Assembly: GCA_964016885.1 (NCBI GenBank)
Contig: CAXHJY010000555.1
Coordinates: 1-63,478, forward strand
DNA from: Eledone cirrhosa
Lineage: Eukaryota
Reading direction: 5' to 3'
Length of the DNA stretch: 63,478 nucleotides
The translations under genes and the position numbers were made by a program. Positions 1-13,960 of this stretch are shown here, piece by piece. The stretch's first letter is position 1. Every line of letters begins with the position of its first letter. The notes below the pieces were generated by a model. That model made no database searches. It saw only the letters and a program-made list of their open reading frames with translations, and had not been told where the DNA came from.

Positions 1-189
1 AATTGCTGGTCTTGTGCCAGCGTTAGAAACTAAGATAAGTAACCACGTGTTGTTTAAAGAAGAGACGTGCTTTGGTTGTGTGGAACATCCGAGTGATAAA
101 CATTTCTTTGCTGGATAGATTGAGAATGTTTTATAATTTAATAAAATTGCAGACAATAAATCAATTCACAGTTGTATAAATAACATTGT

Positions 190-475
190 GGAGGTGTGTG
201 GCCTAGTGGTAAGGGTGTTGGATTTATGATCTTAATGGCGTGGGATTCGATTCCTGGGATTTGTTGTGTTTTTGAGCAAAACACTTCATTTCACATTGCT
301 CCAGTATACTCAACTGAAAATGAGTACCAGCAATAGCTGGGGGTTTAAATTTGCGATGGACTGGCATCCTGTCTAGTGGGGAGTCTTGTACTTTCAGTCA
401 CTTCACGCCATGAAACCGGTGCTTATGCACCGGCCAAATGAGCCTTCTGGCTTAAGACAGGCTTTAGACTTTTAT
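190..475 (+). mobile_element. tRNA-derived SINE (second family, degenerate)
   Basis: A-box-like TGGCCTAGTGG and B-box-like GATTCGATTCC, then TTGAGCAAAACACTTCATTTCAC and GCGATGGACTGGCATCCTGTC blocks typical of animal SINEs; a similar head lies near 2733-2870. Confidence 0.6.
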
Positions 476-1023
476 TTTAGATAAATAACATTACAAATAT
501 TGATGGAAATATGAAAGCAAAAGAAAAAAGAAAAAAAGGATCAGAGCGAAACCAAGCAACGAATAGAGGAGGGGAGGTAAAGAAGGGCAGATCTGACTGT
601 GTAGGAAAGTAGGAGAAAGGGCTATAAATGACCTAAATGAGAGGGAAGAGGGGGAAAAAACTAGGAGTATGAGGCCACGGAAGAAAGGGAAGAGGAAGTG
701 GAGAGGGTGGTAGACTATATTCCTGGGGAGGGGGTGGTGAGTGGGCTATGCCCCAGCTAGCAACATTTCAAGACCAGCATATAAACAAACTATGCAATTT
801 CGGACAGGACATAAATTTATTGCCCAGCCCAATACTCATTGGCTCTCTCCGGTCTAGTAATTTTGACGTATGGCTTGTGGCTAGTATCATGTGGATTGTG
901 ATGGTTGCATGTCATCAGGCTTCTTTAAGCTTTCCTAAGAACATCCTGCTCTTTTGTGCTAATGAGAGATTGGAACAGCATCTTGGATGCACACTGGAAC
1001 TGTGTGGGAATAACCGATAGGAA

Positions 1024-1070
1024 TCTAATCTAATCTAATCTAATCTAATCTAATCTAATCTAATCTAATC
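1024..1070 (+). repeat. (TCTAA)n pentanucleotide microsatellite
   Basis: About 9 perfect units. Confidence 0.95.
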
Positions 1071-1710
1071 AGGCCGAGTTTACACTCGCAAATAAAAATA
1101 ACCAGGGCCGCCCCTAGGAGCATTGGATTTGGAGTACTTCATATTTGTTTCGGTTGCTGAATACAATCAGAGGTCGCTGCTTCTCCTGAAGGTCAGTAGT
1201 TCACTTCTAACTCAATCGGGAGCGCCTTTCCATTGTCAATTTGCATTGATCATCTGCAAAGCCGCATTGTTCTCAGAACCACTACACCAGTCTGTTGATG
1301 CGTGCAGCTGGAACTACTGCCAACCATTGATTTGGCAGGATTTTTTTTTTTCTTTCATTTTTAGATGGCCGTTGACACTTATGAGTTCTTCCACCCTTTA
1401 TCAGGTTTTGCTTTTTGTCCTGCAGGGTGTCCAAAATGACCCTCCTCACCAAGTAAACTTGGTGGGGTTGCCGGTTTAGTCGCCGACGACCCGACTATGC
1501 GACAGGTTGTACTGGGTTACATGTTACCAGCAGCACTCAAGAGTGACCTGACATAAAAATACACCGATAGGAAAGGACTGCAAAAATCTCGTAAACTTGC
1601 TCAGGCGTTTCCAACTATCTGACAGGTGACGAGTTGATTTCCTGAATGTGCCAATATGGACATGGACAACCTGCATCGGGTCATCCATATCGTATCTAGA
1701 TATATTAATA

Positions 1711-2174
1711 CGAGGGTAGGCTGAAGAAGTGATGTTAGAGCTATGAAATCGTGTATGCATTAATTTCAACTCTTGTTATTAATAACTGCATTGTTTCTTT
1801 CCAGGGACTATGTTGAAAAATAAAACTCCTTTGGTCATTCCATGAGAGTATCTTGGTCAGCCTATGAAGGAGTGATGCTAGAGCTGTGAAATATTGTATG
1901 CATTAATTTCAACTTTTGTTATTAATAACTGAATTCTTTCTTTCCAGGGACTATGTTGAAAAATAAACCCCCTTTGGTAATTTCATGAGAGTATCTTGGT
2001 CAATTTATGAAGGAGTGATGCTAGAGCTGTGAAATATTGTATGCATTAATTTCAACACTTGTTATTAATAACTGCATTCTTTCTTTCCAAGGACTATGTT
2101 GAAAAATAAACCTCATTTGATCATTCCATGGGAGTATCTTAGTCAGCTTATGAACTTTTCAGCCGACCCCCTCG
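1711..2174 (+). mobile_element. mariner-derived MITE with internal 3x ~142-bp tandem amplification
   Basis: TA-CGAGGGTAGGCTGAA...TTCAGCCGACCCCCTCG-TA termini; the repeated unit contains GGACTATGTTGAAAAATAA (DYVEK*, a mariner transposase C-terminus-like motif); related sequence near 32610-32780 and a lone TIR near 29513. Confidence 0.7.
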
Positions 2175-2299
2175 TAGACAGGGATAGCGTAGCTTGTCCA
2201 CAATTTAAAGTAATCGACTACACGGACCATAAATGTGTTTGCTAGTTGTAGTCTAAGGTTACGTTATGTCTCCCTTCAAATTGTATACAAACATATTAC

Positions 2300-2678
2300 C
2301 ATTCAGTGCAACATGGCTTCGGACAGGCTAGCGCACCAGCTCGACCAGCACCATCTTGCATGTTTCGCTTGGCCTCGCAACCCCACAGCGGTGCGTGGCT
2401 CAATGCCTTACCCTTATTTTCGACTGGCACACAGCTAGATAACGATAGTCTGCAAATCGAGGTTTTCCCTGAGGCTCTGCGAACCACACAAATGTCGCTG
2501 CAGATCCACCATACACTCTTTCGGCTATCCTGTTGCTACAATGCCAGCCGCCTTCCACGCCATGCTGCTCTCAGCGAGATCATAAAGCATAGCTTGGATG
2601 CTGCAGGCTTCCTCTCCCAGCTCGAGTCGATGGGGCTGAACCGAGAGGAGGGCAAAAGGCCAGAAGGCATGACCACTA
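2300..2678 (+). mobile_element. CRE-like non-LTR retrotransposon fragment
   Basis: Translates SGAWLNALP...RHAALSEII...GKRPEGMT (RH and RPD motifs of a restriction-like endonuclease). Confidence 0.7.
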
Positions 2679-3305
2679 TGTTCATTCCATTATGTTCAGA
2701 CCTAATATATATATGTATATATTTATATATATGGCTGAGTGGTTAGAGAATTGGACTCTCAATCGTGAGGTTGTGAGTTCGATTCCTGGACCGGGCGATG
2801 CGTTATGTCCTTGAGAAAGACACTTTATAATTCACGTTGCTCCTTCTACCTGGAGTTGCAACCGATAGATAGTATTAGCAACTGGAAAGACCAGCGGAAA
2901 CATTGTTTCCTCGGTCCGATTTGACGAAAGTCGATCGACTGTCATATTTATATGACGTAAAAAAAGATACTTCCATATTTCCATTTTGGAGTGATATGCC
3001 ACCATGATATACACACACAGAATCCACTTACATTCCTTTCATATCTATTATCGCATTTTTCTCTTTCATAATAACAACTCATAAATAATAATCACTGTTG
3101 ACATTTCTGTCGCGAAACTGACCAACCGAAGAGTTTTTTCTTTTCCTTTTCTTATCTGTCAGTCCCTAACGGGGCCTGTACGTTTGTTGAACAATTACTG
3201 TCATGGAAAAACACCCCTTTTTTTTTTTTTTTTTTTTTCGTAAAAAAAAAAAAAGTGAAGGTTGAGGATGAGATTTCATAGATGAAGTGATAATATTGTT
3301 TGTCT

Positions 3306-3498
3306 GAAGAAGAAGAAGAAGAAGAAGAAGAAGAAGAAGAAGAAGAAGAAGAAGAAGAAGAAGAAGAAGAAGAAGAAGAAGAAGAAGAAGAAGAAGAAGA
3401 AGAAGAAGAAGAAGAAGAAGAAGAAGAAGAAGAAGAGAGATGTTAAAGATGGTGAAGAAAGATATAAAGTATAACTTTGTAATTAAAGTGTCTCTATT

Positions 3499-3532
<34 letters not shown>

Positions 3533-3850
3533 AACAACAACAACAACAAAGAAAACACTAACAACAACAATAACAACAGCAAAACAACAACAAAGCTAAC
3601 AACAACAACAATAAAGAAAGCACTAGACATCGACAACAACAAAACCACTAACAATAAAACCATTAAGAGCAACAACAACAATAGCAACGATAACAACAAA
3701 AAGCACTAACAACAACAACAAAACCACTAACAACAACAAAACGAGTAAACAGTAACGATAACAACAAAAAACACTAACAACAACAACAACGAAAACACTA
3801 TACTGCAACAACAACAACAACAACAGTAACAACAGCAGCAACAACAGCAA
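3306..3850 (+). repeat. (GAA)n tract followed by degenerate (CAA)n
   Basis: Directly visible; explains the poly-L/Q/N ORFs. Confidence 0.95.
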
Positions 3851-4505
3851 AAATACGGCAAACAAGAATACTTTATCTTTTGCCCACGCAACAAGTAAAA
3901 TGGATTTACTATTCACTGGAGAACAAAGAAGCTGAAGAAAGATACAAGAGCGACATTATACACCCTGGGGTGTTGTCCACACTTTCAGCTGGAAGTCTGG
4001 ACAACACCCTCAAGAAGATCTCTTCTCTACAGATGCATCAAGCAGGGAGATAACGGTCAGATACAGTATCTGACTTCGGTGCAAATCGATAAATGCTTAG
4101 GAGAAATATGACCCGCAGTGATATAGGCAAAGAAAGTGAGACAGCACTGGACGTGGTTGTGTCATCTGTAACAGAGAGTAGGAATGTGGTATAGTGGCCA
4201 CCAACTACATATGCATGTCCCAGGAATTTGTCACATTCTCACGGGTGACCAGCGTCAGAGTCAACGACATGTTATCTCTTACAGACCACCAGGTTAAAGT
4301 CATAGCGATGGAGCCCTTAAGAGTTCATTACTCCCCAGCTGAATTGAATGGAGCTTCAGGTGTTATCTGCGGATCTTCCTAGGGTTCCCCGTTTGTCCTG
4401 CTTCTATGAGTATGAGCAGAAGTGTGTGGTATTTGAGAGAAGGAAATACAATGCTACTTCTTCTTCCTCCATCGAAGGTGAAGCATACACAAAGTTCTTC
4501 TTCCA

Positions 4506-5243
4506 GACTTCCCAATCTCTCATCACAGCAAGAAGATCCTATCCAATGAGGCCAGTGTCACCAACAGAGTCCTGATGGTTATGCCTGGATATCCCATTTG
4601 GTGCTTTACATCTGGTGACCAGAGAAGACTTCCCAATATCTTATCACAGCAAGAAGATCCTATCCAGTGAGGCCAGTGTCCCTTGTCAACAGAGTCATGA
4701 TGGTTATGTCTAGATGTCCCACTTGGTGCTTTACATCTGGTGACCAGAGAAGACTTCCCAATATCTTATCACAGCAAGAAGATCCTATCCAGTGAGGCCA
4801 GTGTCCCTTGTCAACAGAGTCCTGATGGTTATGTCTAGATGTCCCACTTGGTGCTTTACATCTGGTGACCAGAGAAGACTTCCCAATATCTTATCACAGC
4901 AAGAAGATCCTATCCAGCGAGGCCAGTGTCACCAACAGAGTCCTGATGGTTATGCCTGGATGTCCCATTTGGTGCTTTACATCTGGTGACTAGAGAAGAC
5001 TTCCCAATATCTTATCACAGCAAGAAGATCCTATCCAGTGAGGCCAGTGTCCCTTGTCAACAGAGTCATGATGGTTATGTCTGGATGTCCCACTTGGTGC
5101 TTTACATCTGGTGACCAGAGAAGACTTCCCAATATCTTATCACAGCAAGAAGATCCTATCCAGCGAGGCCAGTGTCACCAACAGAGTCCTGATGGTTATG
5201 TCTGGATGTCCCAATTGGTACTTTACATATGGTGACTAGAGAA
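4506..5243. repeat. 6x 121/125-bp tandem repeat at the end of an RTE-like LINE
   Basis: Unit starts at 4506, 4627, 4752, 4877, 4998, 5123; contiguous with the LINE fragment. Confidence 0.9.
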
Positions 5244-6170
5244 GCAGTTTCTCTGCAGGTTCATCATGGTTGGAAACATGACCAACAAGAGCCAAGTGAC
5301 AAGACTGAACTTTCAATGAAACTTGTGACAGATCACTATAAAGAACTTTGTTGGTAATGTGACTTTGCCATGAAATGTTAAACGCCACATATAACATCTT
5401 GGTGTAGGAACCATCAAGTCTCCTTGATTAAGTGACACTGACAGTCCAAGATTCTGAACCATATAGCAAGATGGTTTCAACAGTAGTTTTGAAGTCTTTG
5501 CACTTCATAGATCTTGAGATGAGAGCTTTCTAGACATTTTGTAGTAAATATATTACACTCCACGCTTGATCAATTCTGGTGGTCACATCATGCTCAGAGT
5601 CAGTATAACCACCCAGATATTTAAATTCTTGAACCAGTTTGATAGGCGAACCGTAAGAAGTCTGTAGAAGACTCAGAGTGGATGAATTAAAATGCATGAG
5701 TTTAATCTTTGAAGCATTGAAACACAAACCCACCTCCTGGCAGGCAGTCTCGACACAATGGAGGAGGTCCTGAGCTGATTCAATGGTATCTTTCAGAAGA
5801 GTGATGTCACCTACATAGTCAAGATCAAGAGCGCAATAGCTTGACAACGGCAACTCCGATGACTTTTGATGTTATACTGTCAGTATCTGTGATGGCAGTG
5901 CTAAGATATGAGAAAGACAAGGAGAAAGTGGACCACCCTGCAACACGCCTCTATCGATTGTAAATATGCTGTTTTTCCCTCAGGTGTAACAACAACAGCT
6001 GAGGTGTTCTCATATATGACACGAATAAGAGTAACCGCATCCGGAAGAATTCCATAAGCTTCAAGAATCAGGAAAAGGTTGGTACGATCAAAGGCTTTAC
6101 GGAAATCAGTCAAAGTTATAACTGTTTCCTTGTCATAATTCTTGTCGTCATATCTCAAAGCCACAGTACC
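5244..6170 (-). mobile_element. degenerate RTE-like LINE reverse transcriptase fragment
   Basis: DFRKAFD, DLDYVGDITLL (YADD-like) and FKYLGG motifs across frameshifted ORFs 5901-6164 and 5530-5853. Confidence 0.8.
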
Positions 6171-6180
6171 ACTCGTAGTG

Positions 6181-6259
<79 letters not shown>

Positions 6260-6903
6260 CATGTTTGATATAACTATAAATATGTAGGGTAGTACTAGTA
6301 CTAGCCGATTACCGGTATGAAAAAAGACTCAAAATAATCCCATGGTTAATAGCTGTGAGTAACAAACAACACATGCACATACATACGAACTACAACACAA
6401 AAACACTTAAATGAAAATCACATAACGAACTCTATCTAGTGCTTTACATTACACCTTACATAAAAAATACCTACATTATCACCACACGCCTCTCTAATAA
6501 ATAGCACACTATCTTAAATGTTTATAACAAATATAACATGCTTTAACACCCCACACAAAATATGTTTATTTCAACTTCATTATAACTCTTTCCTCATACA
6601 TGCATTATTGATTGTATTGACTCCTGCATTGTACACCAATAGTCCTTGCTTATAACTTCTTTCCCTGTGTTTTTTGTTTGTGTTTTTTTTTTTGCTTGTG
6701 ATTTTTTTGCTTGTGATTTTTACTTTTACTTATACCTATTACACTTCCAACCAGTGCTGCCTGTAATTGTGTTATTTCAAGCGGAACATCTTTTTAACTC
6801 CTGACTGACTCTCCACATGATGCCTTTGACACTAATAACAACTATGTACCCTAAATGTTCCAAATGACTAGGATTCTAGTTACATGTTTTCGACGTTCCT
6901 TAT

Positions 6904-6948
6904 GCTCCGATGATTCCAGACTTCCCTGTGAAAGAAACAATTGTCAGC
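6904..6948 (+). ncRNA. hammerhead ribozyme, type I, U4C core variant
   Basis: GCT-CCGATGA-[imperfect stem II]-GAAA-CAATTG-TC-AGC; palindromic stem III ACAATTGT; followed by AATAAA and (TA)n. Confidence 0.65.
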
Positions 6949-6989
6949 TAATAAATGTTCTAAACTAAAATTTGATCGTTTTAACACTT

Positions 6990-7070
<81 letters not shown>

Positions 7071-7074
<4 letters not shown>

Positions 7075-7214
7075 CATAAGAACTGTGAAACCGGTAAAGG
7101 AACCAAATAAATATACTTAAAAAGACTCCAGTTGCATTTTCGATTTCATCTTTTTTTCCTTATACTCGTGTAGGACATCACGTCTTTTTTTCATTTTTAA
7201 AAAACCCTCATTTT

Positions 7215-7219
<5 letters not shown>
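7071..7219 (+). mobile_element. 5'-truncated copy of the HHR-bearing element seen at 21622-21832
   Basis: GAAACCGGTAAAGGAACC...GTTGCATTTTCGATTTCATC matches 21681-21760; flanked by (TA)n on both sides. Confidence 0.8.
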
Positions 7220-7267
<48 letters not shown>

Positions 7268-7934
7268 CGTTCATCTTCGTCAATCCGTTACTATTTCTGT
7301 TGTACGAATTGATCAACCAATACTTGTGTATGCAGAATTAAGCACTCGATGTAGTATTTGACGAGCTTCTACAATTTTCGTCTAACGTTACAAGCCATTC
7401 ATCAACCCGATGCTATAGTAAAAGACACTTGCCTATGAAGCCACGCAGCGAGACTGAACCCATAACCACATGGTTGCAATGGGAACTCTTTAACATCTCA
7501 TACTGGTTGCAACAATTGTCATTTGTTTCGCAGAAATACTAGACATTTATTTTAATAAACCAAAAGGGTCAAGAGTACCTTACCGTTGTCTCAAGGGTAC
7601 GACAAACTCTCTTGTGTTTATGCTTTTAATAACACACCCAGTACACTCTGTAAAGTGGTTGGTGATAGGAAGGGCAGCCCACCTTTGAAGCCATCCCGCC
7701 CCCTCAAAAAAGAGTTGTGAAGACTTTTCAGTTGTGACAAGGATATGACAACCTCTCTAGAACTGGTGCCATGATTAAATGCACTTACCACACAGTAAAC
7801 GCATGCAGTACAGTCTGTAAAGTGGTTGGTGATAAGAAAGGCATCCAGCTGTAGAAAACTTGCCATACAAATGGTTGCGAGCACTCTTCAGTTGTGTCAA
7901 AGATATGACAATCTTTCTAGTGTTCGTGTCACGA

Positions 7935-8387
7935 GAAAGTACAGAAATGTATGTGAGATGCAGCCACCATTTGTAAAGTACAGCAATGTATGTAAGATGC
8001 AGCCACCATTTGTAAAGTACAGCAATGTATGTAAGATGCAGCCACCATTTGTAAAGTACAGAAATGTGTGTGAGATGCGGCCACCATTTGTAAAGTACAG
8101 AAATGTGTGTGAGATGCAGCCACCATTTGTAAAGTACAGAAATATATGTGAGATGCGGCCACCATTTGTAAAGTACAGAAATGTATGTGAGATGCAGCCA
8201 CCATTTGTAAAGTACAGCAATGTATGTAAGATGCAGCCACCATTTGTAAAGTACAGAAATGTATGTGAGATGCGGCCACCATTTGTAAAGTACAGAAATG
8301 TATGTGAGATGCGGCCACCATTTGTAAAGTACAGAAATATATGTGAGATGCGGCCACCATTTGTAAAGTACAGAAATGTATGTGAGG
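7935..8387. repeat. 39-bp minisatellite, ~11.5 copies
   Basis: Unit AAAGTACAGAAATGTATGTGAGATGCAGCCACCATTTGT. Confidence 0.95.
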
Positions 8388-10561
8388 GGTCTGTAGTTAC
8401 GATTAGGTTCTCACTTGGTCTGTGACGACCCACCCGACCCTTGCCACCGTGGTGGTGGTGGAGCAGGAGATGGAGGAGGTCGATGATGATGACCATGATT
8501 ATGATAATATCTATTGGTGACTATAGTCAGTGTTGCTGTTTCTACTGACCAGTTCAGTCTGGATTTGTTCATCCAGGCCAGAGGGGTTTTTTTTTTATTT
8601 TGTTCGTTTTTTTCTTTATTTTGTTTTATTTTGTTTTGTTTTTGTTTGATTTTATTTTTATTTGGATTATTAACTTTGTGGAGTGGAAAGCCGTGGTATC
8701 GATAAAGGTATTTTGATATGCCCATGCAATCGCGAGAAGACAGGGTCACCCTCAGGACCTTCCATTCCACCCCTCAACCTTCCGCCCTTCCACCCTTGAT
8801 CCAGCATAACATCCAAGATGTGACTGTTGGGAAGAGAAAGAGGTATGTCCTAGCACTGGACTGGTACTTTCTTTATTGACAACCCCTAAACGGATGAAAG
8901 GTAAATTGGATCTTGGCAGGATTTGAACTCAGAATGCAGAGTGACCCGGAACAAATATCGAACGCTCTAACGACTGCGCCAAATCGAACGTTTGTTGACC
9001 AAATAAGGGCACGATTTCATGGTTGTTTCCCATCGTCATTTTAAAACAATGTCACTTTGATCTTTGATGTTGCTTGCTTGTGTTTAAATGTTTTATATTT
9101 CTAAATCTAATCAAATTGTGAGCAGAATTTTGTTAATGCTGCGATAATTGATTTTACTATGTTGAACGATGTACGATCATAATAGAAAACAATGGTCCTG
9201 CTTGTGAATGAAAAGGGTGTAAGGGAAAATTGTTAACTGTTTTCTCAAACTACTCGTTGACACCCAGCAATTCCACTACAACCTAGTTTTTACTTGAATG
9301 TTTGACATATATAAAATATGTAATACTTTTGTTTGAATATTTCTATTGTTACGGTCTGTAGAACCTAAGTCTGTTACATTCCCCATCAAAATTACAAAGA
9401 CATATGTAACGGTTGTAACCATAAATATGTTAATGGAACAGATGGTATTTTCTAATTTAAATGAGATGTTTTTTTAATGTTTGACTGACAAAATATTCAT
9501 TTTTTTTATTCACATTGTACTTTTACGTAAACCCAAGTTTTTTTTTTTATAGAAACTTGAATTATCTAAAGGAAAAGAAAAGAGTCGTTCCTCGGGCCAG
9601 ATCAAGGAATCAATGTTTCAATTGATTTTTCCATTGTTGTTTCAACCGGCAGATAGTATCAACAATGGAGACACCAATTGAAACATTGTTTCCTTGGTCT
9701 GATCTGACGATCAGTGTCTTTCCTTTTTTGAATTATCAAGTTTCTGTAGTATCTCCTCTTCGCGAAGTTCAAAATCACTTTTTTTTTTTTTTTAGGGATG
9801 GGGGTGGGGTGGGGGGTGGTGGATTGTTTGTTTATCTTCTTTCATTGTTACCTTTTAGCAAAATATATTTAACAGCTTGACAATACTGATATCTTCACGT
9901 TGAGAAACATTCATAGCGTATAATTTCATGTCATATCTAATAAGGAGATGATGGATGAGCTTGAAACTCCCAACTCCCTTTGCAATGTTTGAATTTGACG
10001 TTTTTATTAGCCAAATCAAAAGCAACTAACGTAGAATGAAATGACGTCTAAGTGAACTTAGATTAGTCAATGTTTTCAGGTCCGGCACAACAGCACGACA
10101 ACTGGGAAACTTTCTTTTTTCGAAATTTCGACTCGACCAAAGCCTTGTGAGTGAAATTTAGGGCATGGAAATTGTTGAAGGTTGTCGGAAGGAGCGTACC
10201 TGCTCTTTGGTTGTATATTTAAACTATCGCCCAGGTTTAACCCCACCGTATAGATATGCTATGTCTTAAGCGGAGTACATCCTGTTGTAAGAATTTCTCT
10301 CTTCTTTCCATTAACCACGGAGGCTCTGAAAGAGATCATGGACGCTTCCATTTCTTCTTTGAATAGGCCAGTAAAAACAAATCACATTATCCAGTCACTT
10401 CTCGTTGATAATGAATTTGTTAATTGTATCATCGTAATTAGGAATACATTATTTCTGCTATAACGCGGATTAAATTAATGTCAGCTTCTGATTTGTTACC
10501 GGCTTCTCTTATGTTTTCGTTATTTGAAGCAAGGGAGAGAATAACATCAAATTTCCTAGTA

Positions 10562-10805
10562 CAGTCTGTTCACTTTTTACGCGAACCTGAAGTACACGAA
10601 TATGTTTTAACGCCTCTTGAAAATAATTATTTCTACTTTTGGCACAAGGCCAGCAATTATACCAGTGTATCAAATATTCACTTTGCGCTATAACGCATGT
10701 GGTTTTTTAATGTTTTATTTATGGGATAATTAGACTTGTATTACGCGAATTTGCTTAACGCGTCGCGTTCACGAACGCCTCTTCGCGGAAAAAGCGAACA
10801 GACTG
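10562..10805. mobile_element. Tc1/mariner (pogo/Tigger-like) MITE
   Basis: TA-CAGTCTGTTCACTTTTTACGCGAA ... TTCGCGGAAAAAGCGAACAGACTG-TA. Confidence 0.7.
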
Positions 10806-11259
10806 TATTTTCATATATCTTTATTATAACAAATTTATTTTTTACGCAAGCGACAGAATATCTGCTCCGATAATCACGTTTAGATGTTGAGTTTAAGGTA
10901 ATAACAGGACATGATAAAATAATTCCCGAACGAGGAATTCAACTCCACCGATTAAATTGTTTTTTTGTAAAAGTTTGATCGTCCTTTGAGATAATAGTTC
11001 GGAGAGCAGTTTATGAATTGGTTTTAATTTAGGCCCATGGTCAGAAAAATTTGCGGTAATAGCAAAGTTGATTAAATCACGCCTAGTACATGACTGGTAC
11101 TGTATTTTATCGACCTCGGAAAGATGAAAAGCAAAGTTAACTTCAGAATGTAAAGAGCAAGAGTAAATACTGCAATGGCATTTTAACCGAAGCTCTACTA
11201 ATTCAACCAATCCACCAGCCTAGAGCAGCTTTATAATTTACCGACAGACAAGACATGTA

Positions 11260-11445
11260 ATTGTTTCTACTTTAGGCACAAGGCCAGCAATTACCCAGTG
11301 CATTACTGGTACTTTATTTTATCGACCCCGTAAGGATGAAAGCAAAGTCAACCTCGGCAGGATTTGAACTCAGATCGTAAAGGGACGTAACTATGCTGGA
11401 AAGCATGGCGTCCGACCCTCTACCGATACTGCCAATCCACCACCC
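11260..11445 (-). mobile_element. dominant tRNA-derived SINE (representative copy)
   Basis: Head TGGCAGTATCGGTAGAG, B-box GAGTTCAAATCC, conserved core, tail GTAGAAACAATTA. More than 25 full or partial copies, e.g. 11895, 12550, 14050, 14240, 14550, 15865, 16088, 16275, 16495, 17475, 19700, 20400, 20595, 42645, 51475, 53240, 53565, 54418, 54834, 55462, 56790. Confidence 0.9.
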
Positions 11446-11539
11446 CGACAGACAAGACATGTAATGGCAGTTAGATAGATCCTTTGTGTATCTTTTGTAG
11501 TGGATCGGTGTTTTCCTATCAGTAAGGAGTCGTTTAGAG

Positions 11540-12201
11540 TAACGGTCGCCAACCGAGAAAAAATTTGCTGGTTCGCAGAAAAATTTGGACATTATTTGCA
11601 ATTTTGATGTTTTATTAATAATAAAACAGAAATAATATTCGATTAAAATATATTTTATAACATCCCTAAAAAGTATTTCTCCTCGGTAATAATTTTATAC
11701 ATATGTATCATCTATCGACAATATGATACACGTGCACTTCAATATTGTTTCCACCATTACAACAGACACCCAGCTCTGCGAATACCGATTCTCATTTATA
11801 ATTTTGTTATAATTAAATACGTATTTATAATTTTGTTATATTTAGTAGGTACTTTTTATATTAATAAAATGGTAGTTCTCTGATCGTTATTTTATTGGCA
11901 GTTTCGGCAGAGGATCGGACGCCATGCTTTGCAGCATAGAGTTACGGCCCTTTACGGTCTGAGTTCAAATCCCGCCGAGGTTAACTTTGCCTTTCATCCT
12001 TACGAGGTCGATAAAATAAAGTACCAGTAATGCACTGGGGTAATTGCTGGCCTTGTGCCTAACGTAGAAACAATTATTTTACAAATGTATTTTTCTTTTT
12101 TTTTTTAATTCATATTAGTGGTCCGTAGGATTTAAAATTATGAATTTAGTGGTCCATGGGTTCCATGGGGTCCGTAAGGTCCGAAAGGTTGGCGACTGCT
12201 G
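11540..12201. mobile_element. hAT MITE with nested SINE
   Basis: TIR-like TAACGGTCGCCAACC / GGTTGGCGACTGCTG; 8-bp TSD GTTTAGAG/CTTTAGAG. Confidence 0.7.
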
Positions 12202-12345
12202 CTTTAGAGTGTTGATCTATAATTATTCAAGAAGTTGAAATTGACAGAAACAATTATCTTGCAAAGCAATATTTCAAATAACAACCGTTCATAATTTTAA
12301 ACATTACCAATCCCATGACTTTCCAGATTTCGAAGTTGTTTAGAC

Positions 12346-13131
12346 CAACGGTCGCCAACCTTTCGGACCTAATGAACCATTAATATGGATTAATGGTCAA
12401 TGGTCGAAACAATACTGAATCGTACGTGTGTCACATTGTCGATAGATGATACATATGTGTAAAATTATTTCATGGATGTTAGTTCTTTACTGAGGAGAAA
12501 CATTTTTGGAGGGAGATTATAAAATGTATTTTAACCGAATATTATTTTTGTGGATTGGCAGTATCGGTAGAGGGTCGGACGCCATGCTTTCCAGCATAGT
12601 TACGTCCCTTTACGATCTGAGTTCAAATCCCGCCGAGGTTGACTTTGCCTTTCATCCTTACGGCGTCGATAAAATAAAGTACCAGTAATGCACTGGGTAA
12701 TTACTGGCCTTGTGCCTAAAGTAGAAACAATTATTTTTATTTTATTATTAACTAACAAAAGCGTCCACTGTTGCCGGGTACACCTTTCGCCACTGTAAAT
12801 AAAGACCCCCTCTCTCCTCATCAACATGCCGTCTTTAGATAACCCCAGAACTCTGTTGTTTTATGGGAGAGCAAGATTTAAACTATATGTTGACATGCTC
12901 CAGGAGAGCTAAATAACCTATGTATATCATATTTGAACAAAATCAGATGAAACTGTGGAAATGCATCGCCTGCGTACAGACAGATAGACAAAAAGACATT
13001 CTCGTTTATTTAAACGTATGTTATTACTCTAAGGCCATATCTTATCGAGTGCTTTGCTAACTCATCATTTCATATAAGTAGGCCGAATTTACTTGCAAAC
13101 CGCCAGAGATTCGATTTTACTGATTTCCAAT

Positions 13132-13167
<36 letters not shown>

Positions 13168-13251
13168 TTAGACATAAAAATTGCAAATAATGTCCACATT
13201 TTTCTGCGAACCACCAAAATGTTCTCTCTTATCACTGGTTGGCGACAGCGG
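12346..13251. mobile_element. hAT MITE, same family in opposite orientation, with nested insertions
   Basis: CAACGGTCGCCAACC / GGTTGGCGACAGCGG; perfect 8-bp TSD GTTTAGAC. Confidence 0.75.
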
Positions 13252-13534
13252 GTTTAGACCAACTGTCAGGTCACATACTTTGGAGAGATTGTTCTTCGGT
13301 TTCTATTTTGGCCACGTAACTTTCAAATCAGAAATTATCTGTCTTTTATTAAGACATGTTTTCAGAAATATGTTTCCAGCCAAGCATCATATCTGCTTCT
13401 ATATTAGTAGCGTTTATCAGTATATAATTTTGGATACTGACAAATTACATTTGGAAGAAAACACTTGACATTCAGTGTTTAAATGAGAGGAGAAGTGAAA
13501 GGACTAGGATTATTAAGCAACGAAAGAAAGGGCG

Positions 13535-13960
13535 AGGAGTGACAGAATCTACACCCAAATCAGAGTGGCAGAACTGCCAACCTCTAAAAACCCAAACAGG
13601 GAGTACCATGAAAAAAAAGTGCCGCAAAACGGAGAGAAATAAGGCAAAATGGGGAGATTTTACATATTGAAAGCTATATCCATTTTCACAAGGCAACACA
13701 TCTCTCACCCGCCCCAAAGTGTGTGGGAGATCTCCCCATCGGACGGAGAGTGTTGACAGGTCTGGAGTGGTGGTTTGTCTGCATCTTGTGGACAAAATGG
13801 CAAAGGCATTGCCACGGACAATGGCAAACGACACCCGCTGCAACAGCCACCCCCACCTCACGGTGTGCCTTCTCCAGATGGGCTGCTGCCATTCTGATTT
13901 AACGGAGGAGGTCAGCTGTACGGGGTCCAAGGACGCCTGAGGTCTCTACGGGGAACTGTG
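13535..13960 (-). mobile_element. CRE-like LINE 3' end
   Basis: WLLQRVSFAIVRGNAFAIL C-terminus; 3' UTR shared with 50015-50190. Confidence 0.7.

Noticed and set aside
7826-8496. 199-aa ORFs on both strands with 13-aa repeats; CRISPR-like regularity
   Set aside because: Head-to-tail 39-bp minisatellite with no unique spacers; the frames are open only because the unit length is a multiple of 3
11260-11445. tRNA gene
   Set aside because: The A/B boxes belong to a multicopy SINE head; no complete cloverleaf is evident
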